DNA from: Promethearchaeia archaeon
GTDB lineage: Archaea; Asgardarchaeota; Lokiarchaeia; Sigyniarchaeales; SOKP01
DNA: 64,000 bases
Direction: 5' to 3'
Assembly: GCA_029856105.1 (NCBI GenBank)
Contig: JAHQWH010000226.1
Span: 1 to 64,000, forward strand
In this document: one piece after another, positions 47,929 to 58,353 of the stretch
Numbering within the stretch: position 1 is the first letter of the stretch
Layout: every line of letters begins with the position of its first letter
Translations under genes and position numbers: made by a program
The notes under the pieces: generated by a model
Told to the model about the DNA's origin: nothing
The model's database searches: none
What the model saw: only the letters and a program-made list of their open reading frames with translations

Positions 47929-49248
47929 TTATTTCAAAAGAGAATTCATGTGATCTATTCTTTTTTGCAATAACTTTAAGGTTCCAACATCTTTTCTATA
48001 AAATAGTTTTCCACTTATACATCCAATTCCTTGTTCAGCAATCTTTTCCGCACTTTCTAAATCGTTCGCAATGCCAACCACTCCTATAGCTCTTGATGTT
48101 GTAGTATAAATATCGTCACCTTTTCGGTAAATCGAAGCGTAATAATATTTCGCACCAATCTGTTTCAACTTATTTTTATCGATTTTTACCAGTTCATCTT
48201 TCTTAGGAGCGCCGGGATATCCTTCGGGAGCTAAATATTTACATACCGTAGCCTTGTTCTCAAATTCAATATTGGATTTTAAGTTGCCATTTATTATTCC
48301 CATACAAATATTAATGAAATCAGTTTTTAATATAGGCAACATGTTCATTGCTTCAGGATCTCCCAACCGAGAATTAAATTCAATTAATTTAATGCCATTT
48401 ACCGTTTTCATGTACCCTCCGTATAAAAATCCTTTATATTCAACACCCGTCTCTGCTTTAACTGCGGCTACAACCTTCTTCATATCTTCGAGAGCTTCAT
48501 CCACATCATTTTGAGTGATAAATGGCATTAGATGGTTCTTCATAGAGTAACTTCCCATACCTCCCGTATTCGGACCAGTATCGTCTTCGTAAGCTCTCTT
48601 ATGATCTTGAACTAAAGGAGTACCAACGACATTTTTCCCGTCAACGAATGTCTGAAGCGTGAATTCTTCTCCTTCGATTTTTTCTTCAATTAGAAATGGC
48701 GATTTTTGTTTAACTATTGATTGACAATAATCTAAAATATCTTGTTTCGAAAAAAGATGGTCACCATAAACTTTTACACCTTTTCCTCCAGTTAGACCAT
48801 CTGGCTTAACTACGATGTTTTCTAAGCCTAAATCTTTAAGATATCTTTCTAAGTTCTCCATAGATTTGAAACTTTTACTTTTGATATTCGATGCGATTTT
48901 ATATTTTTCCAGAAGAGCTCGAGTAAATACTTTTGATCCTTCTAATTGAGCAGCCTCAATTCCAGGTCCTACGCAGGGTATTCCATTCTTTTCTAAAGCA
49001 TCGACTATTCCGACAACTAAAGGTGCCTCTGGACCAATAACAGCAAAATCTATACTATTTTCTTTAGAATAATCTATAATTTCCTTAAAGTCACTTTCAG
49101 AGTGAATCTGTATTCTTCCTTGGCTTAGGTCTTCTAATCCCGCATTTTTAGAACTCATGAACGCGTATAGAGTGGCACCATCCCTTACTAAAGTCTCTCC
49201 TATTACGTGTTCTCTTGCTCCATGTCCAATAATTAATACTTTAACCAT
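47929..49248 (-). CDS. purD: Phosphoribosylamine-glycine ligase
   Basis: G.GAREH, IGPEAPL..GIVD, AAQLEGSK, VVKPDGL.GGKGV, QDHKRAY..DTGPNTGGMG, EFN.R.GDPE. Confidence 0.97.
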   Translation of the reverse strand: MVKVLIIGHGAREHVIGETLVRDGATLYAFMSSKNAGLEDLSQGRIQIHSESDFKEIIDYSKENSIDFAVIGPEAPLVVGIVDALEKNGIPCVGPGIEAAQLEGSKVFTRALLEKYKIASNIKSKSFKSMENLERYLKDLGLENIVVKPDGLTGGKGVKVYGDHLFSKQDILDYCQSIVKQKSPFLIEEKIEGEEFTLQTFVDGKNVVGTPLVQDHKRAYEDDTGPNTGGMGSYSMKNHLMPFITQNDVDEALEDMKKVVAAVKAETGVEYKGFLYGGYMKTVNGIKLIEFNSRLGDPEAMNMLPILKTDFINICMGIINGNLKSNIEFENKATVCKYLAPEGYPGAPKKDELVKIDKNKLKQIGAKYYYASIYRKGDDIYTTTSRAIGVVGIANDLESAEKIAEQGIGCISGKLFYRKDVGTLKLLQKRIDHMNSLLK

Positions 49249-49456
49249 TATTTACCAACAAAAATGAATAGAATTTCTATTACGTATTAATACCTATCAA
49301 AGATAATATATAATTTAATTTGTTTTAATATTAATTTTAAAATAATTATTAATCAAAGATTATAAAGTCTGGTTAACTTAAAACTCGCTTAAAAAGTATA
49401 AACTTTAATATAGGAATTAAGTTAAATAAAATTAAAATTAGGATGATATAATCATT

Positions 49457-52093
49457 ATGATACCTAAAGGGATTCTCACTCTAATCGGTAAAAAACTAAG
49501 ATGTTCAGCCATGCCTCTGGGAGGAATAGGTACGGGATCTATTGCTATTGGAGGAGATGGACTTTTAAAGCAATGGCAAATTAATAATAATATAAATCAT
49601 CGCTCATTTGTACCAAATTGCTTTTTTGCTGTAAGAACGCGCCAATTAAACGTTTCAGACGGAAAGGTAATTACGCGCGCATTGATTAGTTCCAAACCTC
49701 ATGAAGAACTTAATTTTATACCGGCTAAATCCATTGGGGACCACGTAATTAGTAAAGAAATGAAAAATTTACTTAATAAGCTACCTGAAGTTGAGAACAT
49801 TCAATTTGACGGTGAATACCCCATTTCATTTTTGCAATTTAAGGATTCTCTGCTCCCTATTGAGATTAATTTGAAAGCCTTTAATCCCTTTATACCTTTA
49901 GATCCAAAAAATTCTGGATTACCAGTAATAATATTCCAATTTCAAGTTAAGAACATTTCTAAAGATAATATTGAAGTAATTGTTTTGGGAAATTTATTAA
50001 ATTTTATTGGATGGGATGGACTAAAAACATTAAGGGGCGATTCTAACACTCTATTTGGGGGTAATTTAAACCTCCACAAACATGTAGGTAATTGGAATGC
50101 TATTCATATGAAATCAAAATTACTTCTTAAAACCGATAAACGATACGGTGATTTAACACTAGCTATTGATCAACCTGATGCTATGGTATCAACTCAATGG
50201 GAAGATTTGGAAAACTTCTGGTCTCAATTTTCGCAAAAAGGAGTTTTAATGGAACCAAGTGAGGATGATATGAGTAAAATCGGAAAAACATATGCGGGAA
50301 GCCTTGCTGCGAAAAGAATCTTAAAACCCGATGAAAAAGTATTAATCACGTTTTATTTGGCTTGGAACTTTCCTAATCGCCTTATGGATTGGCGTTTGAA
50401 TAGGGCTTTATTTCCCGATACGAAAACGGAATACTGGATTGGAAATCAATATAACGAGTGGTTTAGCAATTCAATAAAAGTTATTGAATACGTGAGAGAT
50501 AATTGGTCCTCTCTATTAGACAACACATTTAGGTTTCACGAAAATTTCTTTTATAGTACACTCCCTTCCGAAGTTTTGACTTCAATTTCAGCAACACTTT
50601 CAACAATTAGGACTCCAACTTGTTTTTGGACAAGAGATGGATCTTTTTACGGGTTTGAGGGATGCAACGGAGTTTCTACGGGAAATAGATCTGGAGGAAG
50701 TTGCCCTCTAAATTGTACACATGTTTGGAATTATGAATTTAGCCTAGCACATCTATTCCCTACGCTCGAAAGAACAATGCGTGGGACGGAGTTCAAAACG
50801 CAGCATAAATTAGGTTATTTACCTCATCGTGCTGTTATTCCCTTGTACTTGCCACAATTTGAAATGATTCCTGACCCAGGAGATGTCCCCCCTGCTATAG
50901 ACGGAATGTTTGGAATGATTTTGAAGATTTATCGAGATTTTCTAATCTCTGGCGATTTAAAATTCCTAGAGGAATCCTGGCCTAATATCCAAAAACTAAT
51001 GGAGTATATACTTAAAGATTACGACAATAATTTAGATGGCACAATTTCTTGTGCTCAACCCAATACATACGATTGCTCTCTTTATGGCATTAATTCTTTT
51101 ATAGGGTCGCTTTATTTAGTAGCACTTCTTGCATGTGAACAAATCGCTACAAAATTAAATCTACGAGACTGGGCTAAAAAAAGTAAAGGAATATTTGATT
51201 CTGGTCGTAAAATTCTTGAAAAAGAATGTTGGAATGGAAAATATTATATCCAAAAATATGACGCAACCAAAATAAAAGAATATCAATATGGAGTTGGTTG
51301 TTTCTCTGACCAATTAATTGGCCAATGGTGGGCATTTCACTTAGGTTTTGGATATATTCTACCCGTTGAACACGTTAATAAGGCAATAGAGTCTATAATG
51401 AAATACAATTTTAAAGAATCGTTAGAAGGAATAACTCAAACTCCACGAATATTCGCATCACCTACGGACTCTGGATTATTAAATTGTACTTGGCCTTATG
51501 GAAATAAACCTACAGTTCCAACATATTACACAGATGAAGTTTGGACGGGACTTGAATATGAAATCGCCGCACTATGTATTTATACAAACCGTATTGATGA
51601 TGGTTTAAAGATTATTAGTTCAATTAGGAAAAGATACGATGGCTCACATAGAAATCCTTGGAACGAAGTGGAATGTGGCGATCACTACGTAAGGGCAATG
51701 TCATCGTGGACTTTACTTCACGCGTTAACGGGAATCTCTTATTCTGTAGAACTTAAACAGTTAATACTCGCACCGAGAATAAATCTATCGGATTTTCAAT
51801 CGTTTTTTATTACTAATACTGCTTGGGGCAAAGTGAATCAAAAATTAAGTGAAAGAAGATTAAATTTTACTTTATGTGTCTCTTATGGAAACCTTAATCT
51901 TAATTCAATTCATCTGAAATCCATAGAAAAACTCAAACCTGATAAAATCAAATATTGCAAAATATTAAGCCCTGAAAAGGAGGATAAAATAATAAACGCA
52001 AAATTAATACTCAAAAATTCAAGCATAGAAATCTCCCTTTCAGAAACTATCTCTATTAAAAAAAAACAAAGATTTCTAATTGAACTAATTTGA
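49457..52093 (+). CDS. GH116 glycoside hydrolase (GBA2-like beta-glucosidase / glucosylceramidase)
   Basis: MPLGGIGTG, FYGFEG, CPLNCTHVWNY, QPNTYD, DQL.GQW, EVWTG.EY, NPWNE.ECG.HY.RAMSSW. Confidence 0.92.
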   Translation: MIPKGILTLIGKKLRCSAMPLGGIGTGSIAIGGDGLLKQWQINNNINHRSFVPNCFFAVRTRQLNVSDGKVITRALISSKPHEELNFIPAKSIGDHVISKEMKNLLNKLPEVENIQFDGEYPISFLQFKDSLLPIEINLKAFNPFIPLDPKNSGLPVIIFQFQVKNISKDNIEVIVLGNLLNFIGWDGLKTLRGDSNTLFGGNLNLHKHVGNWNAIHMKSKLLLKTDKRYGDLTLAIDQPDAMVSTQWEDLENFWSQFSQKGVLMEPSEDDMSKIGKTYAGSLAAKRILKPDEKVLITFYLAWNFPNRLMDWRLNRALFPDTKTEYWIGNQYNEWFSNSIKVIEYVRDNWSSLLDNTFRFHENFFYSTLPSEVLTSISATLSTIRTPTCFWTRDGSFYGFEGCNGVSTGNRSGGSCPLNCTHVWNYEFSLAHLFPTLERTMRGTEFKTQHKLGYLPHRAVIPLYLPQFEMIPDPGDVPPAIDGMFGMILKIYRDFLISGDLKFLEESWPNIQKLMEYILKDYDNNLDGTISCAQPNTYDCSLYGINSFIGSLYLVALLACEQIATKLNLRDWAKKSKGIFDSGRKILEKECWNGKYYIQKYDATKIKEYQYGVGCFSDQLIGQWWAFHLGFGYILPVEHVNKAIESIMKYNFKESLEGITQTPRIFASPTDSGLLNCTWPYGNKPTVPTYYTDEVWTGLEYEIAALCIYTNRIDDGLKIISSIRKRYDGSHRNPWNEVECGDHYVRAMSSWTLLHALTGISYSVELKQLILAPRINLSDFQSFFITNTAWGKVNQKLSERRLNFTLCVSYGNLNLNSIHLKSIEKLKPDKIKYCKILSPEKEDKIINAKLILKNSSIEISLSETISIKKKQRFLIELI

Positions 52094-52173
52094 ATTAGAT
52101 ATGCTGTTCACGAATGCTAAGATGTCCATAAATATAAAGATTTCCTAAGAATATCTGCAAATATCTGATTATA

Positions 52174-52749
52174 TCATAAAACTTTTTGACCACATTTTGC
52201 ACAAAATTTTGCTTCATCTAACAATTCTGCTCCACAATTTGCACAATGCTTAGCTACCAAATCTTTTTCCTGTTTTAGTTTTTCTTCTACGTTCGATCCA
52301 CAGTGAGGGCAAAATTTTGCGTCTTCGCTTATTTCTGTTTGACAATAAGGGCAACTTACCTTGGAAACAGGTTTATCAACAATTGGTTTTGAAAGTAATG
52401 ATATAGTTTTTGTAGGTGCTTGAGCCGTTCCAGCTTGAACTATAAATGGGAACGTGATATTATGGCCCTTCTTAGTCGTGAGTGTAGCAGTAATATCGTA
52501 AACGCCATTTTCTTTAACTAATATTGTAAATAGACGATTTTTACTATAATGCTTTGCAATTCCACCATACCATTCTGATTTAACTACTAACCTAACCTGG
52601 GGTGGCATGGTTAATCTTACTTTTACTTGGGGCATATAATTTTCAGTAAGATTTTGAACGGTGATATAGAATTCTTTACGTGTACCTAAACTTGCGTAAA
52701 TCGCGTCTACGTTTCCTTTTAAACTAATGTTAAAATCTGATTCTGACAT
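52174..52749 (-). CDS. Ig-like domain + double zinc ribbon protein
   Basis: CPYC...AKFCPHCG and CANCG...AKFCAKCG. Confidence 0.85.
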   Translation of the reverse strand: MSESDFNISLKGNVDAIYASLGTRKEFYITVQNLTENYMPQVKVRLTMPPQVRLVVKSEWYGGIAKHYSKNRLFTILVKENGVYDITATLTTKKGHNITFPFIVQAGTAQAPTKTISLLSKPIVDKPVSKVSCPYCQTEISEDAKFCPHCGSNVEEKLKQEKDLVAKHCANCGAELLDEAKFCAKCGQKVL

Positions 52750-53005
52750 TTTTATAATCCTTTTTTTTTAATTTTGTTTAGATAATTATAATATTTATCT
52801 GTTTATGTTATTTTAAAACATTTTTAAAAATTAATATTTCTTATAAAAATTAAATAAATCTTATTATATATAAAATTCATAGTCCAATTTTTTTGATATA
52901 TATTAAATAAAAAATGATCTTTATTCGATTTTGAAACATATAAACTTTAAATAAACTTTAAAGAAAAAAAAGTTTTCAATGATTAAAATAACATTTTAAC
53001 CTGTA

Positions 53006-54157
53006 TTGATAAAAATGTCAGAAGAAAAATATAAAAAAGCAGCAAATATAATTATAAAGGCAGGCTCGCTCCCTTTTCCGGTTAACGATACGTTGATTGA
53101 AATTTTAAAGCTACTCCTTACAGAGGAAGAATTAGAATTTATCAACGCTTTTAAGAGAAAAACCTCTCAAACAATGGAGCAGCTAACAAAGAGTAGTAAG
53201 CTGTCAGAAGCTCAAATCTTGTCGTTTATTAATCCTTTAGCTAAAAAAGGATTTATTTTTAATCAACCGAGCTCTAAAGGTTTAATGGTCTATAGATTAA
53301 TGCCAATAGTAATGGTCGGAGTTTTTGAATACCTTTTTATGAAAAAAATCGAATTTTCTGAAACCGAAAAGAAAATAGCAAAAATGTTTGAAATCTACTT
53401 TGACGAAATTGCAGATTTTATTCAAGGAAATTACGATGTGGTCTTACCTGTTTTTGAGAAAATGCTTCCAATCGATAGAACCGTACCGAATCTAAACAAA
53501 AGCGTTCAAGGAGCTGAAATAAACATCTCCATCAATGAAGCTATAGAAGTTCCTGAAGAAATAATTTTACCTAATCAAAAAATCGAAGAAATCATTGAGA
53601 AATTTGATGTTATCGCAGTAGGGCATTGCTTTTGTAGGCACCATAGAGATCTACTAGGAAAACCATGTAAGCAAACAGATCTTAGAGAAAATTGCTTTAC
53701 TTTCGGAAAATCGGCAAAATACGTGAGTGAGCAAGGGTTTGCTCGCTTAATCTCAAAAGAAGAAGCGTTAAAAATAATGAAAGCGTCTGAGGAGGATGGT
53801 TTAGTGCATAAAGCTTTTCATCCACATTCCGATATAAACAAAGACGAGACTAGCATATGTAATTGCTGTAACGATTGTTGTGGGACGATCGAATGGTGGA
53901 AATTAGGGTTAGCCGCTATGATTAATTCAACCAACTATCTAGCACAGGTAAACGAAGATTTATGCGTGGGATGCGGAACATGCGTAGAATATTGCTCTGT
54001 AAATGCTATTGAATTGGACGATAATAATATCGCACGAGTTAGATCCGAGTTCTGCATTGGATGTGGAGTTTGCGCTCATTTTTGTCCAGAAGACGCAATC
54101 TCACTCTTAGAAGGTATGAGAAGAGTCTTTGTACCTCCGCCTAGGTTGAGAAAATAG
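53006..54157 (+). CDS. 4Fe-4S dicluster protein with N-terminal wHTH-like region
   Basis: CFCR, ICNCCNDCC, CVGCGTCVEYC, CIGCGVCAHFCP. Confidence 0.9.
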   Translation: MIKMSEEKYKKAANIIIKAGSLPFPVNDTLIEILKLLLTEEELEFINAFKRKTSQTMEQLTKSSKLSEAQILSFINPLAKKGFIFNQPSSKGLMVYRLMPIVMVGVFEYLFMKKIEFSETEKKIAKMFEIYFDEIADFIQGNYDVVLPVFEKMLPIDRTVPNLNKSVQGAEINISINEAIEVPEEIILPNQKIEEIIEKFDVIAVGHCFCRHHRDLLGKPCKQTDLRENCFTFGKSAKYVSEQGFARLISKEEALKIMKASEEDGLVHKAFHPHSDINKDETSICNCCNDCCGTIEWWKLGLAAMINSTNYLAQVNEDLCVGCGTCVEYCSVNAIELDDNNIARVRSEFCIGCGVCAHFCPEDAISLLEGMRRVFVPPPRLRK

Positions 54158-54196
54158 ACTCTTATAACATTAACACCAAAAATCTTTATTTTATTA

Positions 54197-54874
54197 CTAT
54201 CCTTTAATTTTTTGCTTGAATATATCTATTGTATCTGCGATCTCAGTTAATCTTATTGAAAACTCTTTTGGTTTCAATTTCTTTAAATTTTCGAAATTTT
54301 CAATAATTTCTTTAAATTCGTCAACCCAAATTTTCATAAGCAATTCGCTTTCTTTTCCTTGAATTAGTTTCCTTAAAGATTTGGTTATCGAAATATTAAT
54401 TTTATCCATGAGTTTTTTTTCGTTTACCGTGTATGATATTTTCAAAACATCCTGTTGGGTTTTAAGAGTTTCAACATCTTCTTGCATCTGAGATTTATGT
54501 ATTAGTAGTTGTTCGTTAAATTTATTAATCATATCCATTATGATTTCTTCTTGTGTTTTAATTGTTTGCTCCATCCTTTCTTGATTAAGGGAGATGTCTT
54601 TTTTTATTGCTGTAATTATTTCATTTGCAGATTTTAAAGAAGTCTCTAATTTAATTATTTGATTTGTTAAATTTTGAATAGTTTCAGAGTTTTTTTTTAC
54701 CGAATCTATTTTATCTTGAGCTTTATCAAATCGTTCTTCTAAATTTTTTACTCTTTTTGGCATGTTTTTCAAAGAATTGATTGAGTCGTTTAATTTTTTT
54801 GTTTGCTCAATTAGATTTTGAAAATCCTTAGGGGAGATTTCTTCTAGTTTATCTTTTTTAGGAATTTTGACCAC
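54197..54874 (-). CDS. Long coiled-coil protein coupled to the Rab-like GTPase gene
   Basis: Heptad-rich, no TM; 17-bp overlap with the upstream gene. Confidence 0.75.
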   Translation of the reverse strand: MVKIPKKDKLEEISPKDFQNLIEQTKKLNDSINSLKNMPKRVKNLEERFDKAQDKIDSVKKNSETIQNLTNQIIKLETSLKSANEIITAIKKDISLNQERMEQTIKTQEEIIMDMINKFNEQLLIHKSQMQEDVETLKTQQDVLKISYTVNEKKLMDKINISITKSLRKLIQGKESELLMKIWVDEFKEIIENFENLKKLKPKEFSIRLTEIADTIDIFKQKIKG

Positions 54875-55871
54875 CCTTTATGACTTTTTCAGCTTTAGTA
54901 TTACTAACATCTTCGATTGATTGTAGCTCTAAAATCGAGTCGAGTTTTAATTTGAAATCTTCTTTAAAATTTGTTAGATCATCTAATGTTTTGTCTATAT
55001 TAACTATAAGTGAATCAATTGGACTTTTTTTTAATTTATTAATTATATCTGAAATCATCGCTATGTTATTACCGAACGCATTAACAATATTTTCCTTAAT
55101 TTGGTTAACATCGATGTCGCTTTCGCTAATTTTTTTAAGATCATTGATTTCTTTAAGAGTGACTATATCATTTTCAGAAGATTTTATATTTTTCTTTATA
55201 ATTTTAGGAGTTATAATTCTATGAAGCTTACTTGGATCGATTTCTTCTAAATTAATAATTAATTCTTGCAATTCTTTGTCATTTTTCTTAATCAAGTCAA
55301 GAAATTGCTCGGAAACTCTTTTAAATTGTATATCATTGCTTTCTTCTTCTAACTTTTTCAGATAGTCTAATACAACCAAAGAAAATACCTCAGAAATATT
55401 ATCTTGAGACTTCGCTGATACGAAAATAATGGGATAACCTTCGATTTGGTATTGGCGTATATTGTTTAAGAGAATCTCAAATTCTTCTGGTTTTATCAAA
55501 TCTGATTTGTTTCCAATTAAATAGGTGATACAATCAGGAGAAAAATTAGATAAGTTCTTTAGATATGTTTTTTTGATTTCTTGTAACGTTTCTTTCGGAT
55601 TGCTTAAGTCAAAAATCAAAAAAGCTACATCTAAATTACTGAAAAACACTGGATTCAGGGGGTTAAAGCTTCTTTGGCCCCCAATATCCCAAATATTCAA
55701 CCTAATATGAATATCATTTAACTTATACTCTTTTCTTGCAATATTAGACCCTATAGTTGGGATGTACATCGAGGGGAATTCTTTACCTACAAAACTATTC
55801 ACTACTGAGGTTTTACCAATGCCCCAAAGTCCTACGATAGTAAGTTTGATGTTTATCTCAGAGACAATCAT
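54858..55871 (-). CDS. Rab-like small GTPase with C-terminal helical extension
   Basis: G1 GLWGIGKT, G2 YIPTIG, G3 WDIGGQ, G4 NKSD, G5 SAK. Confidence 0.92.
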   Translation of the reverse strand: MIVSEINIKLTIVGLWGIGKTSVVNSFVGKEFPSMYIPTIGSNIARKEYKLNDIHIRLNIWDIGGQRSFNPLNPVFFSNLDVAFLIFDLSNPKETLQEIKKTYLKNLSNFSPDCITYLIGNKSDLIKPEEFEILLNNIRQYQIEGYPIIFVSAKSQDNISEVFSLVVLDYLKKLEEESNDIQFKRVSEQFLDLIKKNDKELQELIINLEEIDPSKLHRIITPKIIKKNIKSSENDIVTLKEINDLKKISESDIDVNQIKENIVNAFGNNIAMISDIINKLKKSPIDSLIVNIDKTLDDLTNFKEDFKLKLDSILELQSIEDVSNTKAEKVIKGGQNS

Positions 55872-55950
55872 AATTGCTCACTTGATAAAAAATATTTGAC
55901 AATTTAATAGAATATAACAAGAGGTTTATTTAAATATGCTCAATCGAAAA

Positions 55951-56538
55951 CTACTCATTATTATTTTTTGCTGAAAACTTCTTGAAAGCGTAAACAATTC
56001 GTTGAATTACTGTAATATTAGTCCCAATAGCAAGAATAATCATGGTCCACCAGATAGCGGTGGGAAACCAGATTTGCAAAATCGAACCTATTAAAATAAT
56101 TGGGATTCTATCCGTTCTCTCCAATAGTCCTACGCCGTATAAGTTTGGTACGCCTAAAGTTTCAATTTTAGCTCTAGTATAAGAAGTCATAAAAGCTCCA
56201 AAAATAGTTATAAATCCAATATACACTTCGGTATAGCCCCCAAATATAATTCCAAAAAAAATAAAGAAATCTCCAATTCGATCCAAAGTAGAATCTAAAA
56301 ACGCCCCTAATGTTGTTGGCCCTTGAAGTCGTGCAATTACCCCATCTAACTGATCAAAGAATTCGACGAGAAATAAACAAATTATTATAAAAATTATGTT
56401 TTGGAAGATAAATCCAAAAAAAGTTAATAATGAGAAAAAAAGTCCTATTAATGTTATTACGTTTGCCGGTATTTTGGTTAACTTTTTAGCGAGAGGGAGC
56501 AGTAGTTTTTCTGAGAATTTCTTAACTCGTAATAACAT
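55951..56538 (-). CDS. CDP-alcohol phosphatidyltransferase (archaetidylinositol phosphate synthase-like)
   Basis: DQLDGVIAR....T.LGAFLDSTLDR; SY.RAK.E; GLLERT.R. Confidence 0.9.
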   Translation of the reverse strand: MLLRVKKFSEKLLLPLAKKLTKIPANVITLIGLFFSLLTFFGFIFQNIIFIIICLFLVEFFDQLDGVIARLQGPTTLGAFLDSTLDRIGDFFIFFGIIFGGYTEVYIGFITIFGAFMTSYTRAKIETLGVPNLYGVGLLERTDRIPIILIGSILQIWFPTAIWWTMIILAIGTNITVIQRIVYAFKKFSAKNNNE

Positions 56539-56665
56539 CTCGTTTTACACCAATATAATTAAAGAATTGTATTATTTTTTAAATAAAAGATTTATGGTAA
56601 TTAAAAATTAATTAGTCCTTAAAATCATGAATAAAAAAATAAATAAAAAGAAATTGAAAAAGAAA

Positions 56666-58159
56666 TTAGAATCCATAAATAGGATAAAACTTCTTTTCTA
56701 TGTATTCTATAAAATAGTTTGGATTTAAATCTTCCCCTGTAATTCTTTTAATTAATTCGTTTGCTTGATAAATTTTACCGTATTGGTGTACATTTTCTCG
56801 TAAGTAAGTAAGTAAGTTTGAAAAGTTTCCCTTTTCGTATTCCTCAGGTAGGGACGGATTTTTTTTAAGAGCGTCTCTATAAATCTGGGCGCCATATAAA
56901 TTACCCAAAAAGTATGTAGGAAAATAACCGAAATATCCAGAGCTCCAATGTACGTCTTGCAACACGCCATCGGCATCACTTGGTGGAGTGACCCCCAATA
57001 GGCTTTCCATTTTTTCGTTCCATAAATTGGGTAGTTCACTAACCTGTACTTTTCCTTCTATAATGTCTTTTTCCATTTCAAATCTGAGAATAATGTGCAT
57101 ACCGTAAGTAACTTCATCGGCTTCTACACGGATCAATGAAGGTTGCACCGTATTAATACTACGATAAAAATCTTCCATATTTTTCCTCTTCAAATTTTTT
57201 GGAAACCTTTTTTCCAGTTTAGGATACCAGAATTTCCAAAACTCTTTACTGCGTCCAACCATGTTTTCCCACATGCGAGATTGAGATTCGTGGATACCCA
57301 TCGAACATCCACCTGCTAAAATGGTGTCGTGAATATTTTCCTTAAATCCCATTTCATAAAGACCGTGCCCACATTCGTGAATAGTTCCAAAAAGGCATGC
57401 TGAGAAGAAATCTTCATTAATTCGCGTAGTAATTCGCGTATCAGTCGACGATAAAGATGTTGTAAACGGATGTGCTGATTTGTCTTGACGGCCATGTTCG
57501 AGATCAAAATTTAGTTTTTTAATAACTTCAATACTAAATTTCCACTGCTCATCAGGGTTCCATTTTTGCGTGATAATTGAAAAATCAGGTTTATCGCTTG
57601 AAGAGTCTAATTTTTTAATAATTTTGATTAGTTTTGGTTTTGATTCATTAAAAATGTTAGCAATCCAATTGTATGTCGCACCTGGTTCGTAAAGATCAAT
57701 TAGAGTAGAGTATGGGTCCGGGTGGGTCTCCAATTTATTAGCGACTTCTATTTGCAAACCAGTCATCTTTTCTAAAAGAGGTTGAAAAATTGAAAAATCG
57801 TCTTTTTTCCTCGCTTCCACCCATTTACTATGGCCAATAGAAGCGGTTTTTGCGATTTCTTCCACTAATTCAGTTGGTAATTTAACTTCCAGCTCATATG
57901 CTCTTTTGGCTTCACGTAAAGTGGCAGCATCAATTAAATTTAAATCATTTAGTTTCTCAGCTTTTTTTATTAAATTTCTAATTTTTTCGGAAATTAATCG
58001 TTCGTGCACAATTTTGCTCATGAGTGCGTTTTGCGCGCCTCTCCCCTCAAACGCTCCGTGAGGTAAATTAACCTGTTCGTCCCATCCTAATAAAGCACGG
58101 ATATAATTAAGACGAGTTATTTCGGTAAATTCTTTTTTAAGTTCTTTTATAGGATTCAT
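56666..58159 (-). CDS. Carboxypeptidase M32 (Taq family)
   Basis: HPF, DTRITTR, HECGH, HESQSR, IRVEADEVTY, QDVHW, GYFPTY. Confidence 0.95.
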   Translation of the reverse strand: MNPIKELKKEFTEITRLNYIRALLGWDEQVNLPHGAFEGRGAQNALMSKIVHERLISEKIRNLIKKAEKLNDLNLIDAATLREAKRAYELEVKLPTELVEEIAKTASIGHSKWVEARKKDDFSIFQPLLEKMTGLQIEVANKLETHPDPYSTLIDLYEPGATYNWIANIFNESKPKLIKIIKKLDSSSDKPDFSIITQKWNPDEQWKFSIEVIKKLNFDLEHGRQDKSAHPFTTSLSSTDTRITTRINEDFFSACLFGTIHECGHGLYEMGFKENIHDTILAGGCSMGIHESQSRMWENMVGRSKEFWKFWYPKLEKRFPKNLKRKNMEDFYRSINTVQPSLIRVEADEVTYGMHIILRFEMEKDIIEGKVQVSELPNLWNEKMESLLGVTPPSDADGVLQDVHWSSGYFGYFPTYFLGNLYGAQIYRDALKKNPSLPEEYEKGNFSNLLTYLRENVHQYGKIYQANELIKRITGEDLNPNYFIEYIEKKFYPIYGF

Positions 58160-58353
58160 CTTAGATAAGTTAGTTTTATATATTTTTTAATTTGATATAT
58201 ACGACTTATATCAATGTAACCAAAAAAAATTTCTGTTTTATCAAAAAAATAATTTTTTAAGAGTTCAGAATCTGTATTAATTAAAGTTTTTAAATTAAGT
58301 GATAAATTATTTATTAATCTCTTTCAAATAATTAAAGTTAACGTGAAAAATCA

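Larger units (their letters stand above)
46633..47974. mobile_element. Two tandem mini-cassettes inserted at the purD 3' end, bounded by att-like direct repeats
   Basis: Three direct copies of the purD tail bracket 46687-47410 and 47459-47926; no recombinase gene in the window. Confidence 0.65.

Noticed and set aside
46655-47969. CRISPR array (28-bp repeat x3)
   Set aside because: Spacers are hundreds of bp long and contain genes, the repeat is purD coding sequence, and no cas genes are present
54197-54874. SNARE or ESCRT-III identity for the coiled-coil protein
   Set aside because: No C-terminal TM, and no recognisable SNARE layer pattern or Snf7 motif by eye
35588-56538. A GPI-like glycolipid pathway formed by PIG-L, GH116 and the CDP-alcohol transferase
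   Set aside because: The genes are scattered over 20 kb in different transcription units and each family has common unrelated roles
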